Positions 20,898-29,410 are shown, counted from the stretch's first letter. The stretch: DNA of 41,750 nucleotides from Candidatus Limnocylindria bacterium (GCA_036560105.1 DATBRU010000137.1:1-41750), one strand, 5' to 3'. The notes: generated from the letters alone by a model not told the origin. Translations and numbers: made by a program.

Positions 20898-21607
20898 CGG
20901 GATGCCTCCGCGGTTCGCGCGCTGGCCAGCCGGTCGAGGCGTGCCTCCTGCTCGCGCTGCCCCTGGGCCCTCGCCAGCTGGTAGCGGCGGATCATGAGGT
21001 ACAGCCACGTCAGCGTGAAGGCCGCGACCATGCCGAGCAGCGTGCCCACGAACGCCATCGGTGCGGCTGGATTGAGGACCCGATCCGGCGAGCCGATCGT
21101 CGCCCCCTGGTGCAGTCCGCGCCACCACTCGACGCTGAAATGGACGATCGGGATGTCGATGGCCGCCACGATCCCGACGATGGCGGCGCGCGTCGCGCGG
21201 CGCTCGGGGTCATCGGTCAGGCGCCGGAGGAGCAGGTAGCCGACATACAGCGCCAGGAGCAGCGCCGTGGTGGTCAGGCGTGGGTCCTCCCACTGCCAGA
21301 AGACGCCCCACACCGGCCGGCCCCACATCATCCCGCCCCAGATCGCGAACGCCGTGAACATGACGCCGATCTCGGCACCCGACAGTGCCACCGCATCGAA
21401 GCGCAGGTCCCGCTTCCAGAGCCACAGGACGCTGCCGACGGCGGTCACCCCGAAGGACAGGTACGCCAGCCAGGCCGATGCGACGTGGACGTACATGATC
21501 CGCTGCGCATCGCCCTGGTTGAGGTCTGCGGGCACCACGAAGAGCGCAACGGCCACCGCGACGGTGACGGCGACGAGCGCCACGAACCCCAGGATGCGGG
21601 TCTTCAT
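20894..21607 (-). CDS. ccmC: Haem exporter protein CcmC
   Basis: It carries the tryptophan-rich motif WGRPVWGVFWQWEDPRL and is polytopic. ATG 21607 is immediately preceded by an in-frame TTG at 21610. A charged C-terminal tail of ~30 aa is present. Confidence 0.9.
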   Translation of the reverse strand: MKTRILGFVALVAVTVAVAVALFVVPADLNQGDAQRIMYVHVASAWLAYLSFGVTAVGSVLWLWKRDLRFDAVALSGAEIGVMFTAFAIWGGMMWGRPVWGVFWQWEDPRLTTTALLLALYVGYLLLRRLTDDPERRATRAAIVGIVAAIDIPIVHFSVEWWRGLHQGATIGSPDRVLNPAAPMAFVGTLLGMVAAFTLTWLYLMIRRYQLARAQGQREQEARLDRLASARTAEASR

Positions 21608-22296
21608 CAATCCTCCAGCAGGTAGCCATAGGTGGCTGCTCCGGCCGCGACCATGATGACGTCGAACGCGGCCAGCAGCTGGAGCCAGGCCCCGAGCTCG
21701 CCGAACGGGTCGCCCCCCAGCGCCGCCGATGTCGCCTTCACCGCGGCGAGCAGCAGGGGTGCGAGCACCGGCAGCATGAGCAGCGGGAGCATCACCTCGC
21801 GCGCCCGGAGCCGGACCGTGAGCCCGGCGTAGAACGTTCCGACGGCCGCGATCCCGATGGTGCCCAGCACGACCGTCGCCAACAGCGGGAGCAAGGCTCC
21901 GCCGACGTCGACCGCGAAGAGGATCCCCACCGCCCCAAGGACCACGAGCCCGAGCACGAGCATGATCGCGAAGCCGCCCAGCGCCTTGCCGGCGTAGATG
22001 GCGCGCCGCGGAACCGGGTACAGGGCGAGCTGGTCGAGAGCTCCGTCATCGGTCTCGAGGAGGTGGAGCCGGCTCACGGCGAGCGTCCCGGCAAAGATCA
22101 GGGCCAGCCACAGCAGCCCAGGGGCGGCCGCCGCCAGGCGAGCTGCGTCAGGGCCCAGCGCAAATCCGAACAGCAGGAGGACCACGGCCGAGAAGAAGAG
22201 CGCCCCGACCGCAGCGTGGCGGCCGCGCAGCTCGGCGCGCGCGTCCTTGCGGGCAATCGCCAACGCCAGCGTCGCTTCGCGGCGCAAGGTGCTCAT
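21607..22296 (-). CDS. ccmB: Haem exporter permease CcmB
   Basis: 229 aa with six hydrophobic helices. It sits between ccmA and ccmC with an ATGA overlap with ccmA and a 1-nt overlap with ccmC. Confidence 0.85.
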   Translation of the reverse strand: MSTLRREATLALAIARKDARAELRGRHAAVGALFFSAVVLLLFGFALGPDAARLAAAAPGLLWLALIFAGTLAVSRLHLLETDDGALDQLALYPVPRRAIYAGKALGGFAIMLVLGLVVLGAVGILFAVDVGGALLPLLATVVLGTIGIAAVGTFYAGLTVRLRAREVMLPLLMLPVLAPLLLAAVKATSAALGGDPFGELGAWLQLLAAFDVIMVAAGAATYGYLLED

Positions 22297-23060
22297 CGGG
22301 TTGCCACCACCACGCGACGCTCGGCCGGGACGCCGACCGGCGTGCTGATCACGCCCATCCCGTCCACATCGGACACGAGGCCTCGGTCGAGGGTGACCCG
22401 CGCATCGAGATGGGGCTCCAGGCGATCGGTGCTGTGCGACGCGACGAGGACGGTGACGCCCACATCCCGCCAGGCGGCCATGAGCTGCGCCACGAGGCCG
22501 ACGCCCTCGTCATCCAGAGCAGCCGTCGGCTCGTCCAGCAGCACGAGCGAGGCCTGGCCGAGAAGGATGCGGCCAAGGGCGACGCGCTTGCGCATCCCGG
22601 CCGAGAAGCCCCGCACGCGGTCGTCGGCACGGTCGGAGAGGCCCATGTCGGCCAGTGCGCGCGCGACGCGGACCCGGCGGTCGGGTGTCCCGAGCATCGT
22701 CGCCGCGAAGTCGAGGTTCTCGCGCGCCGTGAGGTCGTCGTACAGGCCGGTGTCGTGCGACAGGTAGGCGACGCGCGCGCGGACGAGCGCCGCATCCCGG
22801 TCAAGGTCGAGCCCATCGATCCGGGCGGTTCCGAACGATGATCGGATGGCGGTGGCAAGGAGGCGCAGCAATGTCGTCTTCCCGGCGCCGTTCGGGCCGA
22901 GCAGGGCCACGGCCCGTCCAGCCTCGACCGTGAGCGAGACGCCGGCGAGCGCCGCGTTGCCCGCGAAGAGGCGCGCGAGGTCGACGGTGACGACCGCTGG
23001 GGGGCGCTGATCGGGTGCCCCGAGGGAGCGGGGCGAGACGTAGATCGTGGTCTGCGGCAT
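22293..23060 (-). CDS. ccmA: Haem ABC exporter ATP-binding protein CcmA
   Basis: Walker A GPNGAGKTT, signature FSAGMRKRV and Walker B VLLDEPTAALD are present. The start is ATG 23060, with an alternative GTG at 23090. Confidence 0.88.
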   Translation of the reverse strand: MPQTTIYVSPRSLGAPDQRPPAVVTVDLARLFAGNAALAGVSLTVEAGRAVALLGPNGAGKTTLLRLLATAIRSSFGTARIDGLDLDRDAALVRARVAYLSHDTGLYDDLTARENLDFAATMLGTPDRRVRVARALADMGLSDRADDRVRGFSAGMRKRVALGRILLGQASLVLLDEPTAALDDEGVGLVAQLMAAWRDVGVTVLVASHSTDRLEPHLDARVTLDRGLVSDVDGMGVISTPVGVPAERRVVVATR

Positions 23061-23205
23061 GCTCGACACGCGGGGCGAAGGGTGGGCCACCGCACTATGC
23101 GTGCCTCGTTCGGAGGCGTCAAATGGTCGTGGGGTGGCGTAACAATGTGCGTAACGCTCGGTGAGACCCGGGCCGACAAGCTTCGATCAGCGGGAGGCAC
23201 GACCT

Positions 23206-23565
23206 GTGCATCGATCATCTCGGATGGCGCTCACCGGCGTCCTCCTCATCCTCATCGTCACCCTTGCCGGCTGCGGCGGCGGAGCCGATCCATCCGCGGG
23301 AGGCGACACGGGCGAAACGGTCTCGCTCTCGGGCAGCCAGTTCTCCCCGTCGAGCCTGACGATTCCGGCGGGCACGACCGTCACGTTCACGAACACCTCG
23401 GGCCACACCGTGACGGAGGGAACCGACGGGCAGCCCGTCGACGACCCGATCATTGACGAGCAAGGCGGCGAGGACATTGTCTTCACGTTCGACGAGCCCG
23501 GGACCTACGACCTCACGTGTCGGATCCACTCGTCCATGCACATGACGATCACCGTCGAAGGCTGA
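23206..23565 (+). CDS. Cupredoxin (amicyanin/plastocyanin-like blue copper) lipoprotein
   Basis: GGGAGG (23192-23197) lies 8 nt before GTG 23206. It has lipobox LAGC and candidate type-1 Cu ligands: His in TSGHTV and the C-x2-H-x2-M loop CRIHSSM. It is divergent from ccmA. Confidence 0.8.
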   Translation: MHRSSRMALTGVLLILIVTLAGCGGGADPSAGGDTGETVSLSGSQFSPSSLTIPAGTTVTFTNTSGHTVTEGTDGQPVDDPIIDEQGGEDIVFTFDEPGTYDLTCRIHSSMHMTITVEG

Positions 23566-23620
23566 GCGCTCCGCGCTCCGGTTGAGGGCCGGGCGGTGCG
23601 GTGCTAGGGTTCGCGTCCTG

Positions 23621-23998
23621 ATGGACGCCAGCCCAGCACCCACCGTGCCCACCTCGACCCGCTCCCGCGCCGCCCGACGCGAGGCCGCGCAGCACGCCGA
23701 ATGCGCCGCCACGGCAGCACTCAACGTACTCGGGCAGAAGTGGGTGCTTCGCATCATTCGCGCCCTGGGGGAGCGAACCCAGCGGTTCTGCGAGCTCCAG
23801 GACGCCCTCGGCGGCGCGAACTCGGCGACCCTCTCGCAGCGGCTCAAGCTGCTCGAGGACGAGGACCTCATCGAGCGACGCGAGATCAGCGCGATGCCGC
23901 CGTGGGTCGAGTACTCGCTCACGGCGAAGGGCAGCGAGCTGCGTGGCGCGATCGTCTCCATCGATCGCTGGGCGGAGCGCTGGGCCGCGCGCCAGTGA
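23621..23998 (+). CDS. HxlR-family transcriptional regulator
   Basis: 125 aa starting at ATG 23621. HxlR hallmarks are present: LNVLGQKWVLRIIRAL, RFCELQ, LSQRLKLLEDEDLIER, and YSLT.KG. Confidence 0.8.
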   Translation: MDASPAPTVPTSTRSRAARREAAQHAECAATAALNVLGQKWVLRIIRALGERTQRFCELQDALGGANSATLSQRLKLLEDEDLIERREISAMPPWVEYSLTAKGSELRGAIVSIDRWAERWAARQ

Positions 23999-24483
23999 GC
24001 CACCCCGTCGCGGAGGAGCGTCCCGCGCTCCACGGGGACGCACTCAACGGGCTTCGGGCGGCGATCGCCGAGGCCTCCGATCCGGAGCCCGCGACGCAGC
24101 GGGTGGTCGAGCTCCTCCGCGCCCGATTCGGACATTACGACTGGGTCGGCATCTACTGGGTCGATGGCCCGGATCTCGTCCTCGGACCCTGGAGCGGGCC
24201 TCAGGCGACCGACCACACGCGCATCCCGATCGGGACGGGCATCTGCGGCGCCGCAGCCGCCTCCGGCCAGACCGAGATCGTCCCCGACGTCGAGGCGGAT
24301 CCCCGCTACCAGGCCTGCTTCGCCACAACGCGGAGCGAGATCGTCGTCCCGATCTTCGATGGTGGCACCGTCATCGGAGAGATCGACATCGACGGGTCCG
24401 ACCTCGACGCGTTCGACGAGACCGATGCTCGCTTCCTCGAGGAGGTCGCCGCGCTGGTCGCCCCGCTGCGGTCCCGGGCGTAA
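23995..24483 (+). CDS. GAF-domain protein, free methionine-(R)-sulfoxide reductase (YebR/MsrC) family
   Basis: The GTG start overlaps the HxlR stop (GTGA). Segments GTGICGAAA, YQACFATTRSEIVVPI and VIGEIDIDGS align with the E. coli YebR segments GKGVCGTAA, IACDAASNSEIVLPL and IIGVLDIDS, including the catalytic cysteines. Confidence 0.8.
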   Translation: MSHPVAEERPALHGDALNGLRAAIAEASDPEPATQRVVELLRARFGHYDWVGIYWVDGPDLVLGPWSGPQATDHTRIPIGTGICGAAAASGQTEIVPDVEADPRYQACFATTRSEIVVPIFDGGTVIGEIDIDGSDLDAFDETDARFLEEVAALVAPLRSRA

Positions 24484-24507
24484 CCGCGGTCGTACCGCAT
24501 CGGTGAG

Positions 24508-25023
24508 ATGGACACCGGTCCGGGACCCTTCGAACACGTCTACGACGAGCACGTCGTCGGCATCTATCGGTTCGTCTATGCCCGGGTCGGCAACCACCCC
24601 GACGCTGAGGACCTGACCGCGCAGGTCTTCGTGCGCGCGGTCGAGCAGCTCGACACGTCGCGCGACCCGCGCCAGGTCGCCGCGTGGCTGTACCGGGTGG
24701 CCCACAACGCCACCGCCGACTACTGGCGCGCGTTCTACCGCCTCCCCGTCGTCGGCGTCGACCACGTCGCACCCGGCTGGGAGCCCGCCGACGAGTCCGG
24801 GCGGCCGCAGCCAGAGCCCGACGAGCGCGCGGGCATCCGGGTCCAGGCGCTCCTGCGACGTCTCCCCGACCACTACCGCCGGGTGCTCGAGCTGCGCTTC
24901 CTCGAACGCAAGACCGTGGCCGAGACGGCCGTCGAGCTCGGCATCAGCAATGGCAATGCCCGCGTCCTCCAGTACCGCGCGCTGCGCCGAGCGGCATTGC
25001 TCGGAGAACCCACCGATGGCTGA
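24508..25023 (+). CDS. ECF-type RNA polymerase sigma-70 factor
   Basis: 171 aa with region 2 (AEDLTAQVFVRA, WLYRVAHN) and region 4 (YRRVLELRFLERKTVAETAVELGISNGNARVLQYRALRR). Confidence 0.88.
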   Translation: MDTGPGPFEHVYDEHVVGIYRFVYARVGNHPDAEDLTAQVFVRAVEQLDTSRDPRQVAAWLYRVAHNATADYWRAFYRLPVVGVDHVAPGWEPADESGRPQPEPDERAGIRVQALLRRLPDHYRRVLELRFLERKTVAETAVELGISNGNARVLQYRALRRAALLGEPTDG

Positions 25024-25819
25024 TGAAGAACGCCGCCTGAACGACGCCGCCGAGCGATTCGACGGCTACCTGGAGGCGCTCCTCGGCGACGGACGGCCGT
25101 CACCGGAGAGCGTCGAGGACCGCGACGAGGCGGAGATGGCGCGCACGGCCGCCGAGCTGGCCGCGGGCGTCCGTCCGGCCGACGGCTCGGCCCCCGACCC
25201 GGCCTTCGTCGAGCAGCTTCGGCTGCGCATGCGCGAGGCCGATGCGGGCATCGAGACGATACGGACTCCTCCGCCGGTGCGCGATCAGCCCCAGCCGGAA
25301 GGGGTCGGACGCTGGCGCCTCTCGCGGCGCCAGGTGCTCCAGGCGGGCGTGGGCGCCGCCGCGGGGCTCGCCGCTGGGCTGGTCGGGGTGGCGCTGCGCA
25401 CCGGGGCCGATCGCACCGCGGGAACCTGGGACGATGAGCCGCTCGTCGCCGGCGAGGGGTTCTGGACCGAGGTCGCTCGGGTCGACGAGGTGCCCGAGGG
25501 AACGGCGCTGCGCTTCAGCACCGCGGCGTTCGACGGCTTCGTCGTCAATGACGGGGGCACGATCCGCGCCCTCTCATCGGTCTGCACGCACATGGGCTGC
25601 ACGCTCTCCTACCGACCCGACTGGCAGGATCTGCGCTGCCCGTGCCACGATGCCTCGTTCAATCTCGCCGGGCAGCTGGTCAACGGGCGGCGGGCATGGC
25701 GAGCCGAGGGCGCCTACCGCGGCGATGCTCGTGCATATCCGCTCGAGCTTCCAGATCTCGTCCGACCCGAGGTCAAGGTCGAGGGCGACGCGATCAAGGT
25801 CTGGACCGCGCAGGCCTGA
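25016..25819 (+). CDS. Membrane protein with a cytoplasmic N-terminal region, an internal twin-arginine/TM segment and a C-terminal Rieske [2Fe-2S] domain; putative anti-sigma factor
   Basis: 267 aa starting at an ATG that overlaps the sigma gene by 8 nt. The N-terminal ~110 aa are acidic and helical with no zf-HC2 motif. SRRQVLQAGVGAAAGLAAGLVGVAL is Tat-like plus a TM helix. Rieske boxes CTHMGC and CPCHDA are present. Confidence 0.75.
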   Translation: MADEERRLNDAAERFDGYLEALLGDGRPSPESVEDRDEAEMARTAAELAAGVRPADGSAPDPAFVEQLRLRMREADAGIETIRTPPPVRDQPQPEGVGRWRLSRRQVLQAGVGAAAGLAAGLVGVALRTGADRTAGTWDDEPLVAGEGFWTEVARVDEVPEGTALRFSTAAFDGFVVNDGGTIRALSSVCTHMGCTLSYRPDWQDLRCPCHDASFNLAGQLVNGRRAWRAEGAYRGDARAYPLELPDLVRPEVKVEGDAIKVWTAQA

Positions 25820-25822
25820 GCG

Positions 25823-26053
25823 TCAGAGTCGCACGACCGAGAGCAGGTAGCCGACGGCATACGGGATAGCCAGGATGACGAGGATGATCAGCAGGACCAG
25901 GCCGGCATAGAGGAACAGGCTCAGGTCTGGCGGGCCGGATCGCGCTGGCGGCGGCGTCAGCCGTTTGGGCAGGTGGGAGGGCCGGTGCGGCCGCTGATGC
26001 TCGTACCGGTGCGGCGTCGACAGGTCCGGCAGCTTGATCGGGGAATCGGGCAC
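25823..26053 (-). CDS. Hypothetical 76-aa tail-anchored membrane protein
   Basis: The GTG start lies 5 nt after the dehydrogenase stop. GC3 is high throughout. It has a Pro/His/Arg-rich N-terminal half and a single C-terminal TM helix (LSLFLYAGLVLLIILVILAIPYAVGYLL). I recognise no homology. Confidence 0.4.
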   Translation of the reverse strand: MPDSPIKLPDLSTPHRYEHQRPHRPSHLPKRLTPPPARSGPPDLSLFLYAGLVLLIILVILAIPYAVGYLLSVVRL

Positions 26054-26058
26054 GTGCG

Positions 26059-27033
26059 CTACTCGTAGACCTCGGGATTGATCGGGTTCGGCAGCCGCTC
26101 TCCCTGAAGTCCCGCGAGCAGGTTGTCGGCTGCCATCGCCGCCATCTTGCCACGTGTCACCCGCGACGCCGATGCGATGTGCGGCACCACGACGCAGTTC
26201 GGCAGGCTCACCAGCGGGTGATCGGCCGGCAGCGGCTCGGGCTCGGTGACGTCGAGCCCGGCGGCGAAGATCTGACCATCGCGGAGCGCATCGGTCAGGG
26301 CGTCGGGGTCGATGACCGGCCCGCGCGACGTGTTGACGAGCACGGCGGTTGGCTTCATGGCACGCAGCGCATCGGCGTCGATGAGGTGGTGGGTCTCCTC
26401 GGTCAGGTTGACGTGCAGGCTGACGAAGTCGGACTCGGCCAGCAGCTCGTCCAGCTCGACACGGCGGGCACCGAGCTCGGCCTCGTCCTCCGGCGTGGCG
26501 GCGAACACGTCGTGGTACAGGATCCGCATCCCGAATCCGCGGCCCCGACGCGCCAGTTCACGGCCGATGCGCCCGAAGCCGACGATCCCGAGCGTGGCGC
26601 CGTGGACATCGACGCCCATGAGCAGCATCGGTCCCCAGGTGCGCCAGTTGCCGTCGCGGACGTAGTCGACCGACTCGGGGATACGGCGGGCGGCAGCCAT
26701 CAGCAGCGCGAACGCCAGATCGGCCGTCGTCTCGGTCAGGACCCCGGGCGTGTTCCCGGCCGGGATGCCGCGACGGGTACAGGCCGCCACGTCGATGTTG
26801 TCGAAGCCGACGGCGAAGTTGCTCACCACCTTGAGCTGCGGCCCGGCGGCATCGAGCAGCTCGTCGTCGACCGTGTCCGTCAGCAGGGAGAGGAGCCCAT
26901 CCACGCCGGCGACCCGGCGCAGCAGCTCGTCTCGCGGCGGCGGCAGCTCGTCGCCCCACAGGTCAACGTCGCATGCTTCGCGCACCGGGTCGAGGCCCTC
27001 GTCGGGGATGACGCGGGTGACGAGCACCCTCAC
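26059..27033 (-). CDS. D-isomer-specific 2-hydroxyacid dehydrogenase (glyoxylate/hydroxypyruvate reductase-like)
   Basis: 324 aa starting at a GTG that overlaps the upstream aminotransferase stop (GTGA). NAD motif [13 protein letters not shown], the catalytic region NTSRG, and PHIASAS (His) are present. Confidence 0.88.
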   Translation of the reverse strand: MRVLVTRVIPDEGLDPVREACDVDLWGDELPPPRDELLRRVAGVDGLLSLLTDTVDDELLDAAGPQLKVVSNFAVGFDNIDVAACTRRGIPAGNTPGVLTETTADLAFALLMAAARRIPESVDYVRDGNWRTWGPMLLMGVDVHGATLGIVGFGRIGRELARRGRGFGMRILYHDVFAATPEDEAELGARRVELDELLAESDFVSLHVNLTEETHHLIDADALRAMKPTAVLVNTSRGPVIDPDALTDALRDGQIFAAGLDVTEPEPLPADHPLVSLPNCVVVPHIASASRVTRGKMAAMAADNLLAGLQGERLPNPINPEVYE

Positions 27034-28229
27034 GCCGAGGCCCCGACCAGCTCCCCGGTCCGCTCCAGCTTCGCCAGCGACTCGCCGATGCGCTCCAGTG
27101 CCGCCGCCAGGTTCTCCCGCGAGTTCGCGTAGCTGAACCGCAGATGGCCCTCGCCATGCACCCCGAAGGCGGTGCCGGAAAGGCCGCACACGCCGGCGTC
27201 GTAGAGGAGGTGGTCGGCGATCTCGTTGGAGGAGCGTCCGAACGAGCTGACGTTGGGGAACGTGTAAAACGCGCCGTGCGGCATGACGCACGACACCCCC
27301 GGAATGGCATTGAAACCGTCGACCATGAGCTGGCGGCGCGCGATGAACTCGGTCCGCATCGCATCGGCGGCGTCCTGCGGCCCGGCCATGGCCTCGATCG
27401 CGCCGAACTGAGCGAACGCGTTCGTGCAGGACACGCTGTTGATCACGAGGCGGCTGAAGGAAGGCATCAGCCACTCGGGCACGATCCCGTAGCCGAGGCG
27501 CCACCCGGTCATGGCAAAGGTCTTGGAGAAGCCGTCGAGCGTGATCGTGCGCTCCGCCATGCCCGGCAGCGTCGCGATGCTCAGCGGCTCGCCCTCGTAC
27601 TGCAGGCGGGCGTAGATCTCATCGGCCAGGACCACGAGGTCGTGCTCGACGGCGAGCTCGGCGAGGCGCCGGGTGTCCGCATCGGTGAGGATCGAGCCGG
27701 TCGGATTGTGGGGCGAGTTGGTGATGAGCAGCTTCGTGCGTGGGGTGACGAGTCTGGCGACCTCGTCGACGTCCATGCGGAAGTCGTCCGCCTCGCGCAG
27801 CGGGGCCGCCACCGGGGTGCCGCCGACGTAACGGGCCATCGACTCGTAGATCGGGAAGCCGGGGTTGGGGTAGATGACCTCGTCGCCCTCGTCGATCAGG
27901 GCGAGCATCGCGTAGAACATGATCGGCTTCGCGCCCGGCGTCACCACCACCTGGTCGGCCGTGGTGTCGATGCCCTTCCAGCGCTTGGCATCGGCGGCGA
28001 TCGCCTCGCGCAACGGCAGGATGCCGGTCGCCGCGGTGTAGTGGGTGGCCGCATCCTCCAGGAGGGCTCGCGCCGCGGCCTCGCTGACGTTGCGCGGCGT
28101 GTCGAAGTCTGGCTCGCCCATCTCGAGATGGATGACATGACGGCCCGTCGCCTCCAGCACCCTCGCTCGCGCGGCGGCCTCGAACGCCGTCTCGGTCCCG
28201 ATTCGCTCCATGCGACTCGCAAGTTTCAC
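27030..28229 (-). CDS. Aspartate/aromatic aminotransferase (class I PLP enzyme)
   Basis: 399 aa with motifs [16 protein letters not shown] and [14 protein letters not shown] (PLP lysine). An AGGAGG sequence lies 12 nt upstream of GTG 28229. Confidence 0.9.
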   Translation of the reverse strand: MKLASRMERIGTETAFEAAARARVLEATGRHVIHLEMGEPDFDTPRNVSEAAARALLEDAATHYTAATGILPLREAIAADAKRWKGIDTTADQVVVTPGAKPIMFYAMLALIDEGDEVIYPNPGFPIYESMARYVGGTPVAAPLREADDFRMDVDEVARLVTPRTKLLITNSPHNPTGSILTDADTRRLAELAVEHDLVVLADEIYARLQYEGEPLSIATLPGMAERTITLDGFSKTFAMTGWRLGYGIVPEWLMPSFSRLVINSVSCTNAFAQFGAIEAMAGPQDAADAMRTEFIARRQLMVDGFNAIPGVSCVMPHGAFYTFPNVSSFGRSSNEIADHLLYDAGVCGLSGTAFGVHGEGHLRFSYANSRENLAAALERIGESLAKLERTGELVGASA

Positions 28230-28389
28230 GGCGCGCGCATTCCTCCTGTGCGGGGCCCCAGTGTACCGATGCGCGATCCCGCGGGCGGGAGGCGCGAGTG
28301 CCGGTTGACCCGCTGTCCTACGATGCTCGGCGGAGGTGACGACGGCTCAATCCCGAGACCGGCGAGCCATACGGAGGAGTGTGCCCAAG

Positions 28390-28806
28390 ATGGACCTGTC
28401 GAAGCTCAGCTCATCGGAGCGGATGGCGGTCTTCGCCTCCGCCGTCGTGGTGATCACCGGCATCCTCAGCCTGGTGTGGAACTGGGGATCGCTCATGCTC
28501 ATCGCCGCGATCGCCGGTGCCGTCGTCCTGGGCGGCATCCTGCTGCCGCAGCTCTCTCCGTCGACGAACCTGCCCGCTCCGAAGGGTCTCGTCATGCTCG
28601 CCGGCGGGATTGTCGCGGCACTCGCGTTCATCATCACCGCGTTCGATTGGCTGGGCTGGATCGGCGACCACCTCGCGACGTTCGACACGATCCAGTTCCT
28701 GGTTGGCCTCGTGGCGTCGCTGGTGATGGCGTGGGCGGGCTGGCGCGCGTACCAGGAGTCCGGCCACGTGGGTTCGGCGGCCCCCCCTTCCGGTGGTTCC
28801 ACCTGA
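28390..28806 (+). CDS. Hypothetical integral membrane protein (about 4 TM)
   Basis: 138 aa starting at ATG 28390, which is preceded by GGAGGAG (28373-28379). It has four hydrophobic segments and high GC3. I recognise no family. Confidence 0.6.
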   Translation: MDLSKLSSSERMAVFASAVVVITGILSLVWNWGSLMLIAAIAGAVVLGGILLPQLSPSTNLPAPKGLVMLAGGIVAALAFIITAFDWLGWIGDHLATFDTIQFLVGLVASLVMAWAGWRAYQESGHVGSAAPPSGGST

Positions 28807-28822
28807 GCCCCCGTTCGTCCCG

Positions 28823-28853
28823 TTGCAGCGTCGGCCGCATCGGTTGCTATACT
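28823..28853 (+). promoter_or_regulatory. Candidate sigma-70-type promoter with an extended -10 upstream of the IscA-like gene
   Basis: TTGCAG (28823-28828) is followed by a 19-nt spacer, then TGcTATACT (28845-28853). It lies ~75 nt upstream of ATG 28928. This is a sequence match only. Confidence 0.3.
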
Positions 28854-28927
28854 TTCCGAAGCGTTAACCCGACCCCGATGCGCCACGGGCGCCTCACCAG
28901 CACACGAACCCGGGAGACCGAACCGCA

Positions 28928-29353
28928 ATGACGATGTCCGAGACTCCTCGAGAATCGATCTCGCTCACCTCGCCCGCTCCGACGAGCGAGCTGCTCGTAT
29001 CGGTCACCGAGGCGGCTGCGAAGAAGGTGATCGAGCTGCGCGCACGCGAGGGCAAGGCAGATGCGAACCTCCGCCTCTTCGTGAAGGCCGGCGGCTGCTC
29101 CGGCTTCAGCTACGGCCTCGCCTTCGACGACAAGCTCAATGACGGCGACAAGCTCGAGGATCATGCCGGCGTTCCGGTCGTCATCGATCAGTTCAGCCAG
29201 CAGCATGTTGCCGGTGCCGAGATCGACTACGTCGACTCGCTGATGGGCTCCGGCTTCGCGATCAACAACCCGAACGCGGTGAGCAGCTGCGCCTGCGGCT
29301 CCTCGTTCAACACCGATGGCTCACCCGCCAAGGCAGGCGGCTGCGCCCACTGA
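28928..29353 (+). CDS. HesB/IscA-family iron-sulfur cluster insertion protein
   Basis: Motifs LRLFVKAGGCSGFSYGLAFD and the C-terminal SCACGSSF (three conserved Cys) are present. It also has ~25 extra N-terminal and 14 extra C-terminal residues. Confidence 0.88.
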   Translation: MTMSETPRESISLTSPAPTSELLVSVTEAAAKKVIELRAREGKADANLRLFVKAGGCSGFSYGLAFDDKLNDGDKLEDHAGVPVVIDQFSQQHVAGAEIDYVDSLMGSGFAINNPNAVSSCACGSSFNTDGSPAKAGGCAH

Positions 29354-29376
29354 CGCTCCGATCCTCCTCCCCGTCA

Positions 29377-29410
29377 AGCCCTGGCTGTTCGCAGCCGGGG
29401 CTTTTCGGTT
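29377..29410 (+). terminator. Rho-independent terminator after the IscA-like gene
   Basis: AGCCCTGGCTG (29377-29387), loop TTCG, then CAGCCGGGGCT (29392-29402). The stem is 11 bp with one G-U pair and is followed by TTTTCGGTT. Confidence 0.6.

Noticed and set aside
23137-23155. A GCGTAAC direct repeat in the ccmA/cupredoxin divergent region, considered as a distinct operator
   Set aside because: There are only two 7-nt copies, which is too short to call a binding site on sequence alone. It is mentioned in the cupredoxin finding and not listed as a feature.
23215-24873. A 552-aa minus-strand ORF across the cupredoxin, HxlR, GAF and sigma genes
   Set aside because: It is antisense to four plus-strand genes that each carry clear family motifs, and it has no motif content of its own.
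27144-28931. A 595-aa plus-strand ORF antisense to the aspartate aminotransferase
   Set aside because: It has a typical high-GC antisense composition (R, G, D, H, V) and would cross the intergenic promoter region. The minus-strand aminotransferase and the plus-strand membrane protein explain the coding signal.
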